A stretch of 64,000 nt of DNA. It comes from Eledone cirrhosa. Lineage: Eukaryota. The notes under the pieces are model-generated. The model did no database searches, was not told where the DNA came from, and worked only from the letters and a program-made list of their open reading frames with translations. The position numbers and the translations under genes were made by a program. Shown piece after piece: positions 44,798 through 61,915 of the stretch; position 1 is the first letter of the stretch; the number at the start of each line of letters is the position of its first letter. The DNA lies in the NCBI GenBank assembly GCA_964016885.1, contig OZ024748.1, positions 46,872,001-46,936,000 of the forward strand. The letters are read 5' to 3'.

Positions 44798-44952
44798 TAT
44801 CTCCCCTGTTTGCTGAGATCAAAGTAAGTGAATTTGTCACTACTTTAAAACAATAGCTTACCGTCTTCAAAATGCTTTTAATTAAGCATAAAGTGTATTG
44901 CAAAATACATTATATATACATCCATATATATATTGCTATTTCAGAGCTCCAA

Positions 44953-45019
<67 letters not shown>

Positions 45020-45399
45020 GTGCATAAATATATATACACATGTATATATATATATATATATGTATGCATACATATGCATACATATGCATACATATGAAAT
45101 ACATATGCATACATATATATACACATGTACATACCTACATACATATATACACGCACAGAGATCGAAAGAAATTTAAAGACATGCAAGAGAGAGAGAAAGA
45201 GAGGCGCAAGAAAAGGAGAGGTGAACGGTCATTTCCAAAGCCAATTAACGCAGTAGAAAGGCTGGTCCTGGTCTCATTAATTGTCCTGGACTGTTTAATT
45301 GAAAATCTGATTTTTTCCACTGAAACATGAAACTTTCTCCGTGATGTTTCAGTCTTTATCATATTTTACATTTATCATATTTACAGCCCCAATGGCATC

Positions 45400-46380
45400 C
45401 TTCAACACCACCACCACCACCACCACCACCACCATTACATTGAACACAGAAACAACTACGACACCACCATGTTGCTATCACCAACACCACCACCACCACC
45501 ACCACCATTACATTGAACACAGAAACAACTACGACACCACCATGTTGCTATCACCAACACCACCACCACCACCACCACCATTACATTGAACACATAAATA
45601 ACTACGACACCACCATCACACTAACACCAAGACCACCACCATTACATTGAACACATAAACAACTACGACACCACCATCACCCTATCAACACCACTACCAC
45701 CACCATTACATTGAACACAGAAGCAACTGCGACACCACCATGTTGCTATCACCAACACCACCACCATTACCTTGAACACATAAACAACTACGACACCACC
45801 ATCACCCTATCAACACCACTACCACCACCCTTACATTGAACACAGAAGCAACTGCGACACCACCATCACACTAACACCAAGACCACCACCACTACATTGA
45901 ACACATAAACAACTACGACACCACCATCACACTAACACCAAGACCACCACCACTACATGGAAGACAGAAACAACTACGACACCACCATGTTGCTATCACC
46001 AACACCACCACCACCACCACCACCACCACCACCACCATTACACTGAACACAGAAACAACTACGACACCACCATGTTGCTATCACCAACACCACCACCACC
46101 ACCATTACATTGAACACAGAAACAACTACGACACCACCATATTGCTATCACCAACACCACCACCACCACCACCATTACATTGAACACAGAAACAAGTACG
46201 AAACCAACATCACACTAACACCACCACCGCCACCATTACATTGAACACAGAAACAACTACGACATCACCATCACACAATCACCAACACCACCACACTATC
46301 ACCAACACCACCACAATTACATCGACTACAGAAACAAATACGATACCACCATCACACTATCACCAACACCATCTCAAACA
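45400..46380. repeat. (CCA)n-based minisatellite, about 60-75-bp units
   Basis: Recurring CCATTACATTGAACACAGAAACAACTACGACACCACCAT. Confidence 0.92.
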
Positions 46381-46518
46381 CTGACACTAATAACCACGCA
46401 AACAACACCGTCACCACCAACATTCGCGAAAACTAGCAGATAACAACAACATGCTTTCGTGTGTTCTGCAGATCGTCCTAGCAAGAGTAGTCAAATACCC
46501 TCCGAAGTAGACACACAT

Positions 46519-46566
<48 letters not shown>

Positions 46567-46663
46567 GGGTGTGTATGATTGTACATAGAAGATTATATTA
46601 ATGAAAGGAATTCCAACTTTGTCTGATTTACTCGTTTTATTTACAATCCTTTAAAATTATAAT

Positions 46664-46845
46664 TGTTTCTACTTTTGGCATAAGGCCAGCAATTACCCAG
46701 TGTATCACTGGGACTTTATTTTATCGACCCTGTAAGGATGAAAGGCAAAGTTAGCCTCGGCGGGATTTGAACTCAGAATGGCAAGGGACTTAACTATGCG
46801 TCAAAGCATGGCCTCCGACCCTCTACCGATACTGCCAATCCACGC
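46664..46845 (-). mobile_element. SINE family 1 with 16-bp TSD
   Basis: TSD CCTTTAAAATTATAAT at 46648-46663 and 46846-46861. Confidence 0.92.
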
Positions 46846-46998
46846 CCTTTAAAATTATAATGATATTATAATGAAATAGTAGGGTAGAATATTAAATATT
46901 AAATGTTAATTGAACAAGTACTTTCATGCTTTCGCAATGTTCAGGTTCATATTCAGTGGTGAGTCAAAATTGCAAACTTGACCGTCACCACTGTATAT

Positions 46999-47035
46999 AA
47001 ACCTGAAGATTGCGAAAGCATGAAAGTACTTGTTC
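46999..47035 (+). ncRNA. Minimal type I hammerhead (family I)
   Basis: AAC CTGAAGA tTGC-gaaa-GCAt GAAA GTAC TT GTT; helix I is TGAAC/GTTCA in the other copies; palindrome AGTACT; triplet CUU. Confidence 0.72.
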
Positions 47036-47168
47036 AATTAACATTTAACATTAAATATTCTACCATACTATTTCATTATAATATCATTATAATTGTAAAG
47101 GATTGTAAATAAAACGAGTAAATCAGAATTCCTTTTATTAATATATATATATATATACATGAATACAT

Positions 47169-47288
<120 letters not shown>

Positions 47289-48046
47289 CCATCTATCTCA
47301 CAGCATGGGTGCATTTTAGGTGCACTTTGGTTGCACACCAACGGCAAAACTGCGCAGTCTGGACTATAAAGAAAAATTAGGCATTTTTTTTGTCTGTTTG
47401 CTCTTCACACAGAATTTTATATACATATAATACATACACACTCGAAGGAGATTGAAAGACATGTAAAAGAGAGAAAGAGAGGGTATGAGGACGTAGATGT
47501 GGCGAGCAGTCATTTGGCAAAACTATTTAATGCAGTTGAAAGCTTAATAAAGAAAATGAAGTCCACCAATATCAACAACTACAGCAGAAGACATCAAAAC
47601 CAATTAAAGCTACTCCACCAAGTAAACCAACAATATCAACGTAGGTAACAATAGATGAGATCGAGTCTAAATATAGAAAGAAATTTGTACTCAAATTATA
47701 CATTAGCGTCCTAAGTAAGGAAAGTTGCTATTAAGATCTTATGAGTAAATTATAATTTACTCATAAAACCATACAGAGTTTACGAAGTTGAAATGGTCAC
47801 GGAAAGAAAATATGTTTGTCATACCTTAGGTATATGATTAAACATCAATTACATTTAGTATATATATATATATATATAAAATACGTAGTTAAGAAAGCCA
47901 CAACAATGCAGAGGGAAATCTCGAGGTAGGAAGTGAAAGATAGATAGGAAAAACAGGTGAAAGTGAAAATTGAGAGAGACAAAGATGAAAACAAAACAAA
48001 GGAGACAATTATTATTACTATATATATATATATATATAGTAATAAT

Positions 48047-48230
48047 AATTGTTTCTACTTGTTGGCACAAGGCCACCAATTATCAGTACATTACTGGTAC
48101 TTTATTTTATCGACCCCGTAAGGATGAAAGGCAGAATTAACCTCAGTGGGATTTGAACTCAGACCGTAAAGGGATATAACATTGCTGGAAAACATGGTGT
48201 CCGACTCTCTACCGATACTGCCAATCTACC
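48047..48230 (-). mobile_element. SINE family 1 with TSD of about 17 bp
   Basis: TATATAGTAATAATAAT at 48033-48049 and 48234-48250. Confidence 0.85.
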
Positions 48231-48252
48231 GATTATATAGTAATAATAATAA

Positions 48253-48658
48253 ATGTAAAGACTAAAATCCAAAGACGGCTCGATAAGGATAAATATATAT
48301 CAAATATATTAGAACCGTAGAGCAAATATTTATTAAAATAACAGATTAAAGTTTAGGCAAAGAATCGATGCTTTCACTCTTTTAGTTTCAGAAGTTAAGG
48401 GTGAAAGCAGCGATTCTTTGCTTAAACTTTAATCTGTTATTTTAATAAATATATATATATATTATATATATAAATTTATCCCGGGCTACCTGATGATTTC
48501 TCCCGAACGAAACAGTTCTAGTCCTGTAGAAGCCATTTCTGTATTAAGTATATATATTAGAAGTATATATATATATTATAAGAACAGATTAAAGTTTAAG
48601 CAAAGAATCGCTGCTTAATATATATAACCAGGGATTCTTTGCTTAAACTTTAATGTTA

Positions 48659-48665
<7 letters not shown>
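48253..48665. mobile_element. Cluster of family L fold-backs (48253-48455, 48575-48665) around a family E copy
   Basis: Homologous to 43934-44150; the family L ribozyme at 48384-48428 again has CAGAAG but has lost the 5' arm of helix II. Confidence 0.7.
48484..48534 (+). ncRNA. Type I hammerhead with true helix III (family E)
   Basis: GGCTaC CTGATGA tTTC-tccc-GAAc GAAA CAG-ttctagtc-CTG TA GaAGCC; triplet GUA. Confidence 0.72.
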
Positions 48666-48731
<66 letters not shown>

Positions 48732-49097
48732 ATATATATATACATATATATACATATATATATAATTAAGATGATCTCTATAACATAGCTGTATACATAT
48801 AAGTATGCATATTCTGTATATCAAGCGGTATACAGTATGTTTACGAATAAATATTTTGAAAGCCCTCAGCTTTGAATTTGAAATTTTATAAATATATATA
48901 TATATATGTATATAAATATATATACTAGGCATCTGTCTTGATGGTTAAGGAATATGATTTGCAGTCGTAGTTTTGCAAGATGGATTCTGGGGCCGGGCGA
49001 TACGCTTTGTGTGCGACCAAGAATTGTTTCCACGAATTCTGCCAGTAATAACAATAGAGTAACCAATCGAAACGTTGTTTCTATGATTTGATATATG

Positions 49098-49173
<76 letters not shown>

Positions 49174-49960
49174 TATATTCTTTTATGTATGTATATTGCA
49201 TATATTATTGTGTGCATATGATTTTACCACCATATGCAAATATGTATATATATATTTATTAATATATATAAGTTTATATTACATATTTGCACATGGTAGC
49301 CAACATATATACACATATTAAAATGTACAATGTATATACATAATAAAATGTATGTATATATACATATATGCACCCATATGTCTATCAATGTCTATAGGAA
49401 CTCGGTACTGGCACCAGTTATTGGCCAGTCACAATAAATATTAATCTTTCTGTTATTGTTCTGTCGTTTTCTTTCGAAGCAGGTCTCCTGTATGTGGACA
49501 CCAAGTCTCGGAGTTAGAGGAAGGAGGTCAGATCTCCTGATCTCCCTGCCTTGACATACATACACGTTTATATATACACACATACACACAAATATATACA
49601 TATATATACATATTCATACGGACACACATATATATATATGTATATATATAACATTTTTTGTCGATATGCATATATATATAAAACATTTTTTATCGATGTA
49701 CATATATATATATATATATATAACATTTTTGATCGATGTACGTATATATATATATATGTGTGTGTGTGTGTGAGTGATTATGTGTTTCCGAGTGTGTGTG
49801 TGTGTGTATAGATACACACGCTTAGATTTACAGTGAAGCCGATATGCATATATATATATCAGCAACAAAATCAAATGGGATATTCGTTTAAATGAAACAA
49901 CTTCAAAGGCCAATAAAGTGTCTGTTTACAATTTTTATCAAAAATAAATCAAATAAATAT

Positions 49961-49974
<14 letters not shown>

Positions 49975-49991
<17 letters not shown>

Positions 49992-50220
49992 AATATATAT
50001 ATAAATATATATATATATATTATATATATATATATATATTATATATATGTATATTATATATATATTATATATATATATATTATATATATATATATTATAT
50101 ATATATATATTATATATATATATATAATATATATATTATATATATTATATATATATATATTATATATATGTATATTATATATATATATATATATTATATA
50201 TATATATTATATATATATAT

Positions 50221-50251
<31 letters not shown>

Positions 50252-51588
50252 ATATATATATATTATATATATATGTATATAATATATATATAATATATAT
50301 ATTATATATATAGATTTTTTATATATGTATCTTATATATATATATATTATATATATGTATATTATATATATATATATATTATATATATGTATATTATATA
50401 TATATATATTATATATGTGTATATTATATATATATATATATATTATATATGTATATTATATATATATTATATATATGTATATTAGATATATATTATATAT
50501 ATGTATATTATATATATATATATTATATATATGTATATTATATATATATATATATTATATATATGTATATTATATAAATATATATATATTATATATATGT
50601 ATATTATATATATATATATTATATATATGTATATTATATATATATGTATATTATATATATATATATATATTATATATATGTATATTATATATATATATTA
50701 TATATATGTATATTATATAAATATAAATATATTATATATATGTATATTATATATATATATATATTATATATATGTATATTATATATATATATTATATATA
50801 TGTATATTATATACATATATTATATATATGTATATTATATAAATATATATAAGATATATATGTATATTATATATATATATATTATATATATGTATATTAT
50901 ATACATATATTATAAATATATATATAAGATATATATGTATATTATATATATATATATTATATATATGTATATCATATAAATATATATGTTATATATATAT
51001 TATATATATATATTATATATATATATTATATATATATATTATATATATATTACATATATTTTATATATATATATATTATATATATATATTATATATTATA
51101 TATATATATATGATATATATTATATATATATTATATATATATTATATATATATATATTATATATATATATATTATATATATATATTATATATTTTATATA
51201 TATTATATATATATATATTATATATATATATATTATAAATATATATTATATATTATATATATATTATATATATATATATTATATATATATATATTATAAA
51301 TATATATTATATATTATATATATATTATATATATATATATTATATATATATATATTATAAATATATATTATATATATGTATTACATATATCATATATATA
51401 TTATAAATATCATATATATATACATTATATATATATTATATATATATATATAATCATTATATATATATTATATATATATATATATATTATAGATATCATA
51501 TATATATACATTATATATATATATATATATATATAATCATTATATATATATTATATATATATATTATAGATATCATATATATATACAT

Positions 51589-51620
<32 letters not shown>

Positions 51621-51962
51621 ACATTATATATATATTATATATATATATATATATTATATATATTATATATTATATATATTATATATATATATATTATATA
51701 TATATATATATTATATATATATATATTATATATATTATATATATATATATATTATATATATTATATATATATACATTATATATATTATATATATATATAT
51801 ATATTATATATATTATATATATACATATATAATATATATATCATATATATATATATATATATTATATATATTATATATATATATATATTATATATATATT
51901 ATATATATATATATATTATATATATATATATATTATATATATATATGTTATATATATATATG

Positions 51963-52046
<84 letters not shown>

Positions 52047-52073
52047 CAATTATATTATATATATATTATTTAT

Positions 52074-52114
<41 letters not shown>

Positions 52115-52174
52115 TATATATATTATATATATATATATTATATATATATATATTGTATATATATATATTATATA

Positions 52175-52240
<66 letters not shown>

Positions 52241-52265
52241 CAATTATATTATATATATTATTTAT

Positions 52266-52314
<49 letters not shown>

Positions 52315-52347
52315 TATATATATTATATATATTATATATATTATATA

Positions 52348-52388
<41 letters not shown>

Positions 52389-52530
52389 GTTATATATATA
52401 TATTATATATATATATATATTATATATATATTATATATATATATATATTATATATATATATATATTATATATACATATATATATATATTATATATATATA
52501 TTATATATATATATTATATATATATATTCA
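49975..52530. repeat. About 2.5-kb almost pure A/T degenerate (TA)n tract
   Basis: Direct reading. Confidence 0.95.
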
Positions 52531-52696
52531 CACACAATAAGTAAAAATATGGCAATATAAATATGCATATCAGCACACACATATATGTATATATATATAC
52601 ATTTATACATATGTGAGTGTATCTGTATGAATACCTGAATATATATATACATACACACATACATTTATGCATACATACTCACAGACACACACATGC

Positions 52697-52748
<52 letters not shown>

Positions 52749-52844
52749 TTTTATGCATATGTGTGTATCTCTATGAATTTCTGAATATATGTACGTACAT
52801 ATACACACGTGCACACATTACATATATATATAATATATATATAA

Positions 52845-52907
<63 letters not shown>

Positions 52908-53519
52908 TGCAAATATACATACATTTCTTCATTTATGAGTTTCTGGTAATTTTGTTATGTGTTATTTGCCCCTTTTTTTTAAATATACTATTTGTTACTT
53001 TCAGCTTAATAGGAACGGCAATATCTTTGCAATATACTTGACATTTTATATTCGTGATGACTTATGCTAACCCTGATAATTTTAGTATTATTATTGGTTA
53101 TATATGCATGCATACATACATAATTATTTTTATTAATAATAACAAAGAAATTATTATTTTCAGCATTATTATTATTTCATTTAGTAATTTTGTTGTTGGG
53201 GTTGTAATAGTGGTGGCCTTGATGGTGGTTGTGTTGTTGATGGCCGTGTTGTTTCTGATGCTGGTGATGGTAGTGATGTTTGCGGCAGTGAAAGTTGTGG
53301 TGTTAGCAGTGGTAATGGTGGTCGTGAAGGTGGTGTCGTAGTGGAGGAGGTGGTTGTTAGGTTATGTCGATTAATCTGTGAGATATAAATAAAAAATCTG
53401 CGACGCTAAAGGAGATTTGTGTTAGTAAGTGGAGCATTTGAAGTGCATTTCTTAAAACAGTAAAAAGCCTTGATGTCTCAGGAATATTCTTTCCATTATT
53501 GGTATACTATATGTATGTG

Positions 53520-53602
<83 letters not shown>

Positions 53603-54325
53603 TAATATATATTGATATATACACACACACATAGGCATATCTAAGTGTATATATATATATATATATGTATATAGAGAGAGGTAGAGGGAGAGAAAGAGAG
53701 AGAGATGGAGGGAGAGAGAGAGAGGGAGATAGATAGATATAGATATATAGATAGATGTACAGGTACATGTATGTATACATACATGTATACATATATACAT
53801 ACTCTGAAAATATTTATTGAAGATATCAACCATTTTTATAGAATCTTAAGATAGATAACTATCTCGATGTTCTCCTTACATATAATGACGATTTCCTTAT
53901 CTGCCCCTTAGGCATTGTATTTCACAGACAAAAACGATTTAAGGTTTGAAGAGTTAACGTTCCTGTATATGTACGAGAATTAAAAAGATAATATATAGTG
54001 AAAATGTTAAGTACTAATATAATAACATAACTTTATGTCTGTATGTATGAAAATTAATGTAGAGAAGAATTTGAAGGAAATAACTTTACAATATCTTCTA
54101 TCGTAGTTAGACACCCACACTCATAAACATATATTTATATATACACATATATATATAAACACACATATTTATATATATATATATAGAGAGAGAGAAATAT
54201 ATACACAACACATATATATTTATAAATACGCACACACACACATATGTTTATATATGCATATATAGATATATATACATACATATATATATATATAGATATA
54301 TATACATACATATATATATATATAG

Positions 54326-54356
<31 letters not shown>

Positions 54357-54417
54357 GATATATATACATATATATATAGATAGATATATATACATACATA
54401 TATATATATATATATAG

Positions 54418-54476
<59 letters not shown>

Positions 54477-54646
54477 AATACATACACATATATTTGTGCG
54501 TGTAATGTAAATTACTCCATGAATAGGGTACTATAACTCCACCTATCCCTACACACACACACATATATATATATACACACACATATATACACATATATAC
54601 ACATACACACACATATATATATACATATATATACACATATATATAC

Positions 54647-54740
54647 ACAGAGGAGATGGCACCGATAATGAGGGACAGAGAACGATGGGGAGAACTCGTC
54701 GATGGATCTCGGGAATTTTACCCGCCCTAGATAGATAGAT
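54647..54740 (+). mobile_element. 3'-terminal fragment (about 90 bp) of the RTE-like LINE
   Basis: GATAATGAGGGACAGAGA..GGATCTCGGGAATTTTACCCGCC-(TAGA)n matches the reverse complement of 59234-59320. Confidence 0.85.
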
Positions 54741-54908
54741 ACACATATATATATATATGCACACACCTATACATATACACATGTCTATAAATACAGATAT
54801 AGACATATATATATATATATATATACATACACACATATATATAAATACAGATATACACATATATATATATATATATATACATACACACATATATATAAAT
54901 ACAGATAT

Positions 54909-54953
<45 letters not shown>

Positions 54954-55043
54954 CACACATATATATTTATACGTTCATGTATATATACCCATATATATAC
55001 ACATATATCTATAGAGACATGTATATATACACATATGCACACG

Positions 55044-55149
<106 letters not shown>

Positions 55150-55592
55150 CATATATGTATACACATATATGTATATATATACATATAAACACATATACAT
55201 ACACATATATATGACTTATCTAAAAATTATATAAACTTAAATTAATATTTACCAAATAATTACAGATTATCTCTTAATATCTTTTGATGTTTTCTTTTCT
55301 TCTAGAAAATTCTGCAAAGGAAACTAGAGTAGCAATAAAAGGGTGTTTATTTTGCTTGTTTATCATTCTTTGACGAAGTGTTTATGGTTAGAAATGTCTA
55401 AGATAGAAGACAAGAACACATTAATTCTGATTGAAATGTTTTACCGCCGTCGTTTTAATGCAGTTTTGGCAGAAAGTGAATTCAAGTATATTTAAGGAAA
55501 TAAAAAAAAACATCGAAGTCAGTAACTTTTTTAATTTTACGGTAACTAAATATTGGAGATTAAATTTTAATATAATGTCGCTTCACGATTTT

Positions 55593-55716
<124 letters not shown>

Positions 55717-55737
55717 ATATATATATATATATATATG

Positions 55738-55800
<63 letters not shown>

Positions 55801-55822
55801 ATATATATATATATATGTATAT

Positions 55823-55923
<101 letters not shown>

Positions 55924-56104
55924 ATATATATATATATATATGTATATATAATATATATATATATATGTATATATAATATATATATATATATATATGTAGA
56001 GAAAATTGTGGTTGGTAATGGCACATGGAATATATAAGAGACAGAATACTTTTTTGTGAAAGAACATATAATTTTATAAGGTAAGGAAATAATAAAGGGT
56101 ATAA

Positions 56105-56152
56105 AAAATGACCGGTTTCGATGGGTCTGCAAAAGCCATCTTTTCAAATGTT
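56105..56152 (-). ncRNA. Minimal type I hammerhead, U3-A8 variant (family J)
   Basis: Minus strand: AAcAT TTGAAAA GATGG-cttttgcagac-CCATC GAAA CCGG TC ATtTT; palindrome ACCGGT; triplet GUC; weak helix I. Confidence 0.72.
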
Positions 56153-56497
56153 GATTAATATTAAGAAAAATTAATAAGAAGAAGAGTTAAAATTTGAGAT
56201 TTGAAAATTCAAGTATAAAATTCATTGTGGGCTTTCATAGTAGTTTTCATCTTGGTAGCAGCTCGTTGACTGCTTCTGGTAGTGAATGAGAAGTTATTTG
56301 GGGGTGTGGGTTATTTTATAAAGGTCAAATTTAGCAATGGCCAGATGGCCAGCTGCTGGTCAGTGAGGGGGTGGAAGCAATATACATACATATATCTTCC
56401 TGTGCTCGGTAGGAGAGGGGAGATTGATAGAAAGGGATTTAGTACACTTACACCTATATATACACACATACCTTCATCCACACATACATACATATAC

Positions 56498-56542
<45 letters not shown>

Positions 56543-57271
56543 CACACATACATACACACACACATACATATACATACACACATACACACACCCATATATG
56601 CACATACACACACACATATATATATACACACACACACACATATATATACATACACATACATCCAGATACACACATACATACACACACACATATATATACA
56701 TACACACATACAAACACACACACATATATACACATACACACACATATATATACACACACACACATATATATATACACATACGCATACATCCAGATACACA
56801 CATACATACACACACACACACACGCACACACGCACACACAATACATACATCCACATGCACACACATACACACACACACATATACACATACATACACCCAC
56901 ACACAGAGAAATGGCCTCCAAATATATATATATACATGCATACACATATATTGTTTCCATAATATAAGAAGTTAGGGCAGTGAAATTAAAATACAAGTCA
57001 TTCTGATCACATTGAGTTCTTCATGTAGATTGGGCCCCGCAACCGACAGTGGTGAATGTGTGCGCATATATATATAGATATATGTGTGTGCACGTGCAGG
57101 GTTTAACATGGATGTGTTGGTCACACAAAGGCATGGACTGTCAACGAATAAACCTGATTCTACAGAATTGGTCTCTGGTCTTTAATAGTGGTGATAATTA
57201 TATACATGCACACATACAAACACATATATCTGTCACTCCGTGCGTATGTGTGTTTATATTTTATGACAATT

Positions 57272-57637
57272 CTATTGGGGTGATAACCCGTTTAGTTTTG
57301 GTTTAAATTTGTTAAGGAATAGATTTTCTTTGTTTATTCTTTGTTGCTGTGTGAACGAATCTGAGCACTTGTAGAAGGGGAAGATTTTAAAGTTGGGTAG
57401 TGTCATTCCTGCGCAGTTCGCAATATGGCTGCTCAAGGGGATTTTTCTTGTGCTAGCGTCCCGGATTTGTTGGCGGTGGATGGTCATTCTTTTGCGTAAT
57501 GAGGTGCCCGTCTGTCCTATGTAGTTGTGTTTGCACCCACCGCAAGTTATTGCGTAAATCAAGTTCTCCGAGTTGCAGGTGAAATTGTTTTTTACTGTAA
57601 ATGTTTGGCCATCTTTAAATGTAAATTTTTGTCCTTC
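57272..57637 (-). pseudogene. GIY-YIG endonuclease domain of a Penelope-like retroelement (Neptune-like), C-terminal fragment
   Basis: ..[49 protein letters not shown]: IY/YIG, conserved R, E and N, and the CCHH motif typical of PLEs. The frame stays open upstream to the (TA)n junction. Confidence 0.9.
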
Positions 57638-59233
<1,596 letters not shown>

Positions 59234-59235
<2 letters not shown>

Positions 59236-60510
59236 TATCTAAGGCGGGTAAAATTCCCGAGATCCATGGACGAGTTCTCTCCAGCGGTCTCTGTCCCTCA
59301 TTATCGCTGCCATGTCCTGCGTCTCCAACAGACCAGTGTCTGACCTTAGGGCATCAACATACGTCAACCTTGGTCTTCCTCTTCCATTGTGTCCATGTAG
59401 GGGCTCCCAAAGGAACACTGAGTGCACTGTCAACTCTGGATGTCGGTGAGCATGTCCAGCTAATCTCAGTCTCCTCTGTGTCACTTTTGAGCTGACTTTT
59501 GGGATGCTCCCATACAGCTCTGAGTTTTGCATCCTCAGTGTATACTGATTAATGTTCAAAGCCATCCTCAGCATTCACGTGTAGCACCTATCCACCATCT
59601 GAGTGAGTTTCTTGGTCAGTGTCCAAGTCTCAGACCCATACAGCAGCACAGACTCCACTACAGCAATGAAGAGGCGGATTTTCAGGTCTCTACGAAGGTC
59701 CGACTACGAAGGTCCGATCTCAAGTAGTGGCACGCCGCCCAGGCCTTGCTCTTCCTCTCAACCAGATCATCTTCCGTATTCCCAATCTTTGCTCCCAAAT
59801 ACAAGAAGTCCTCAACCAATTCCAGTGGCTTCCCGCCTACATTAGTGATCCCCTCTGGCTTCTCAACATTCTCTACCAGATATTATGGTTTAGTCTCATT
59901 CATTCTCAGCCCCACACTCATCGACACAGACTCAACCTCCCGCATCAAATCCTCTGCCTCCTTCACTGTATTTCTCACCAAAACTATGTCGTCGGCAAAT
60001 TCAGCATCCGATACCTTTTTCGCCCTAACTCTCCTGCTCTGAGCCGCTGCTACAGTAAAGCCAGTGTCCTGGTGTTTCTCCAGTGCAAGGCGCATACAAT
60101 AGTCCACTACGATGATAAAAAGGTAGGGAGCCAATGTATCTCCCTGGAGCACTCCAGCCAGTATCTCAAAGAACTCTGTCATCCCATCAGGTGTAATGAC
60201 TTGGGCTTTGGTGTTGGTGTAGAGCAGTGATATCAGGTCCATTATCTTCTTGGGGATCGCATAAGCCTGTAAGATCTTCATCAGGCAGTAACGGTCCACA
60301 GAATCAAAGGCCTTCCTAAAGTCAATGAAAACCATGACCGCAGGAAGGCACTTTGCTCTAGCTCCCTCTAACATCCTCCTCAGCATCAGGATGTGACTGG
60401 TGGTTGATCTACACTCTCTGAAGCCGTTCTGGTTGTCCCTGAGCTTCTTCTCCATCTCAGGCTGGATCCTGTTAAGAATCATCCTGTTGAGGGTCTTTGC
60501 CACAAGTGAC
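59234..60510 (-). mobile_element. 5'-truncated RTE-clade LINE (RT domain to 3' end), frameshifted
   Basis: QNGFR..RSTTSHI, FIDFRKAFDSV, GVLQGDTLAPYLF, FADDIVL, RRLRLAGH and RGRPRLTY motifs; frame break near 59885; 14-bp tandem duplication at about 59690-59717. Confidence 0.92.
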
Positions 60511-60660
60511 GTCAGTTGGGTTGTTATTTCACTGAGGAACTGGATATGATTCCAGTTCCTCAGTGAAATAACAACCCAACCAGGAACTGGGCATATCAGA
60601 GTATTGACAATATTATACACCTCAACAACATATGTAATTGTCTATACCATACTAATTCAA

Positions 60661-60715
60661 ACTGCCTGAAGAGGTCACAGCCAAAGATGGCTGTCACTGA
60701 AATATATATAACAGT
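60661..60715 (+). ncRNA. Type I hammerhead (family K; element about 60512-60865)
   Basis: ACTGc CTGAAGA GGTcACAGCCA-aaga-TGGCTGTcACT GAAA TATATA TA aCAGT, followed directly by AATAAA; 30-bp perfect hairpin 60515-60544 / 60551-60580 at the element 5' end. Confidence 0.75.
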
Positions 60716-61085
60716 AATAAACGAAGCTAAATTTTAATCATTTGACTTTTTATTTAACTTTATTTTACACTACTCCGGAGTAACCAAACCAACCTGCGCA
60801 CTTCGTCGAGTGCTCCAGCCTGCATACTGAGGTGTTGGTATACAACCAACATAAACTCAAAATCTATACATATATATACATATATACATACATACATATA
60901 TACATATAGATATACATATAGATATACATATATATATACATATATATATACGTATATATACGTATATATACGTATATATATATGTATATATATATGTATA
61001 TATATATGTATATATATATACTTATATATATACATATATGTATATATATATGTATATATATATGTATATATATATACATATAAAA

Positions 61086-61302
61086 GGATCGATCGACTTT
61101 CGTCAAATCGGACCGAGGAAACAATGTTTCTGTTGGTCTTTCCAATTGCTAATACTATCTATCGGTCGCAACTCCAGGTAGAAGGAGCAACGTGAAATAA
61201 AGTGTCTTGCTCAAGGACATAACGCATCGCCTGGCCCAGGAATCGAACTCACAACCTCAACATTGTGAATCCAATTCTCTAACCACTCAGCTGCACGCCT
61301 TC
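61086..61302 (-). mobile_element. SINE family 2 (CORE-like)
   Basis: Reverse-complement homolog of 4596-4810. Confidence 0.87.
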
Positions 61303-61595
61303 ACCAATATATATATACATATATATATACATATATATACGTATATATATATGTATATATATATGTATATATATATATATGTATATATATGTATATATAT
61401 ATACATATATATATACATATATATACGTATATATATATATATGTATATATATATGTATATATATATGTATATATATATGTATATATATATGTATATATAT
61501 ATGTATATATATATGTATATATATATATGTATATATGTATGTATATATACATATGTATATATATATATGTATATATGTATGTATATATACATATG

Positions 61596-61633
<38 letters not shown>

Positions 61634-61915
61634 CATATATATATATATATATATACACATATATATATATATATATACATACACACATATATATATACAT
61701 ACACACACACATATATATATATACATACACACATATATATATATACATACACACATATATATATATATGCATACACACATATATATATATACATACACAC
61801 ATATATATATATACATACACACACACATATATATATATACATACACACACACATACATACATACATACATACATACATACATACATACATACATACATAC
61901 ATACATACATACATA

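Larger units (their letters stand above)
44326..44959. mobile_element. HHR family H: 316-bp terminally redundant unit (plus, 44564-44959) joined head-to-head to an inverted partial copy (44326-44565)
   Basis: AATTAAGCATAAAG at 44564 and 44880; CCAATTCTAAT at 44633 and 44949 (period 316); flanked by (TA)n. Confidence 0.8.
46595..47143. mobile_element. Head-to-head inverted pair, HHR family I, left arm split by a SINE
   Basis: The left arm 46595-46962 (without the SINE) is the reverse complement of 46985-47143; the minus ribozyme at 46911-46949 has CTGAACA (G8C). Confidence 0.78.
55996..57637 (-). mobile_element. 5'-truncated Penelope-like element (GIY-YIG end, long microsatellite-containing 3' region, hammerhead)
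   Basis: The GIY-YIG ORF end and the HHR are on the same strand and bounded by (TA)n. Continuity across the 56455-56945 microsatellite is inferred. Confidence 0.65.

Noticed and set aside
49440-49550. Possible host exon (polypyrimidine tract plus CAG at about 49482)
   Set aside because: No convincing donor site, recognisable peptide or neighbouring exons; it cannot be supported without RNA-seq.
60511-60620. N-terminal 36 aa of ORF 59883..60620 as part of the RT
   Set aside because: This is read-through from the adjacent family K hairpin; RT homology starts at LTSLVAK (about 60510).
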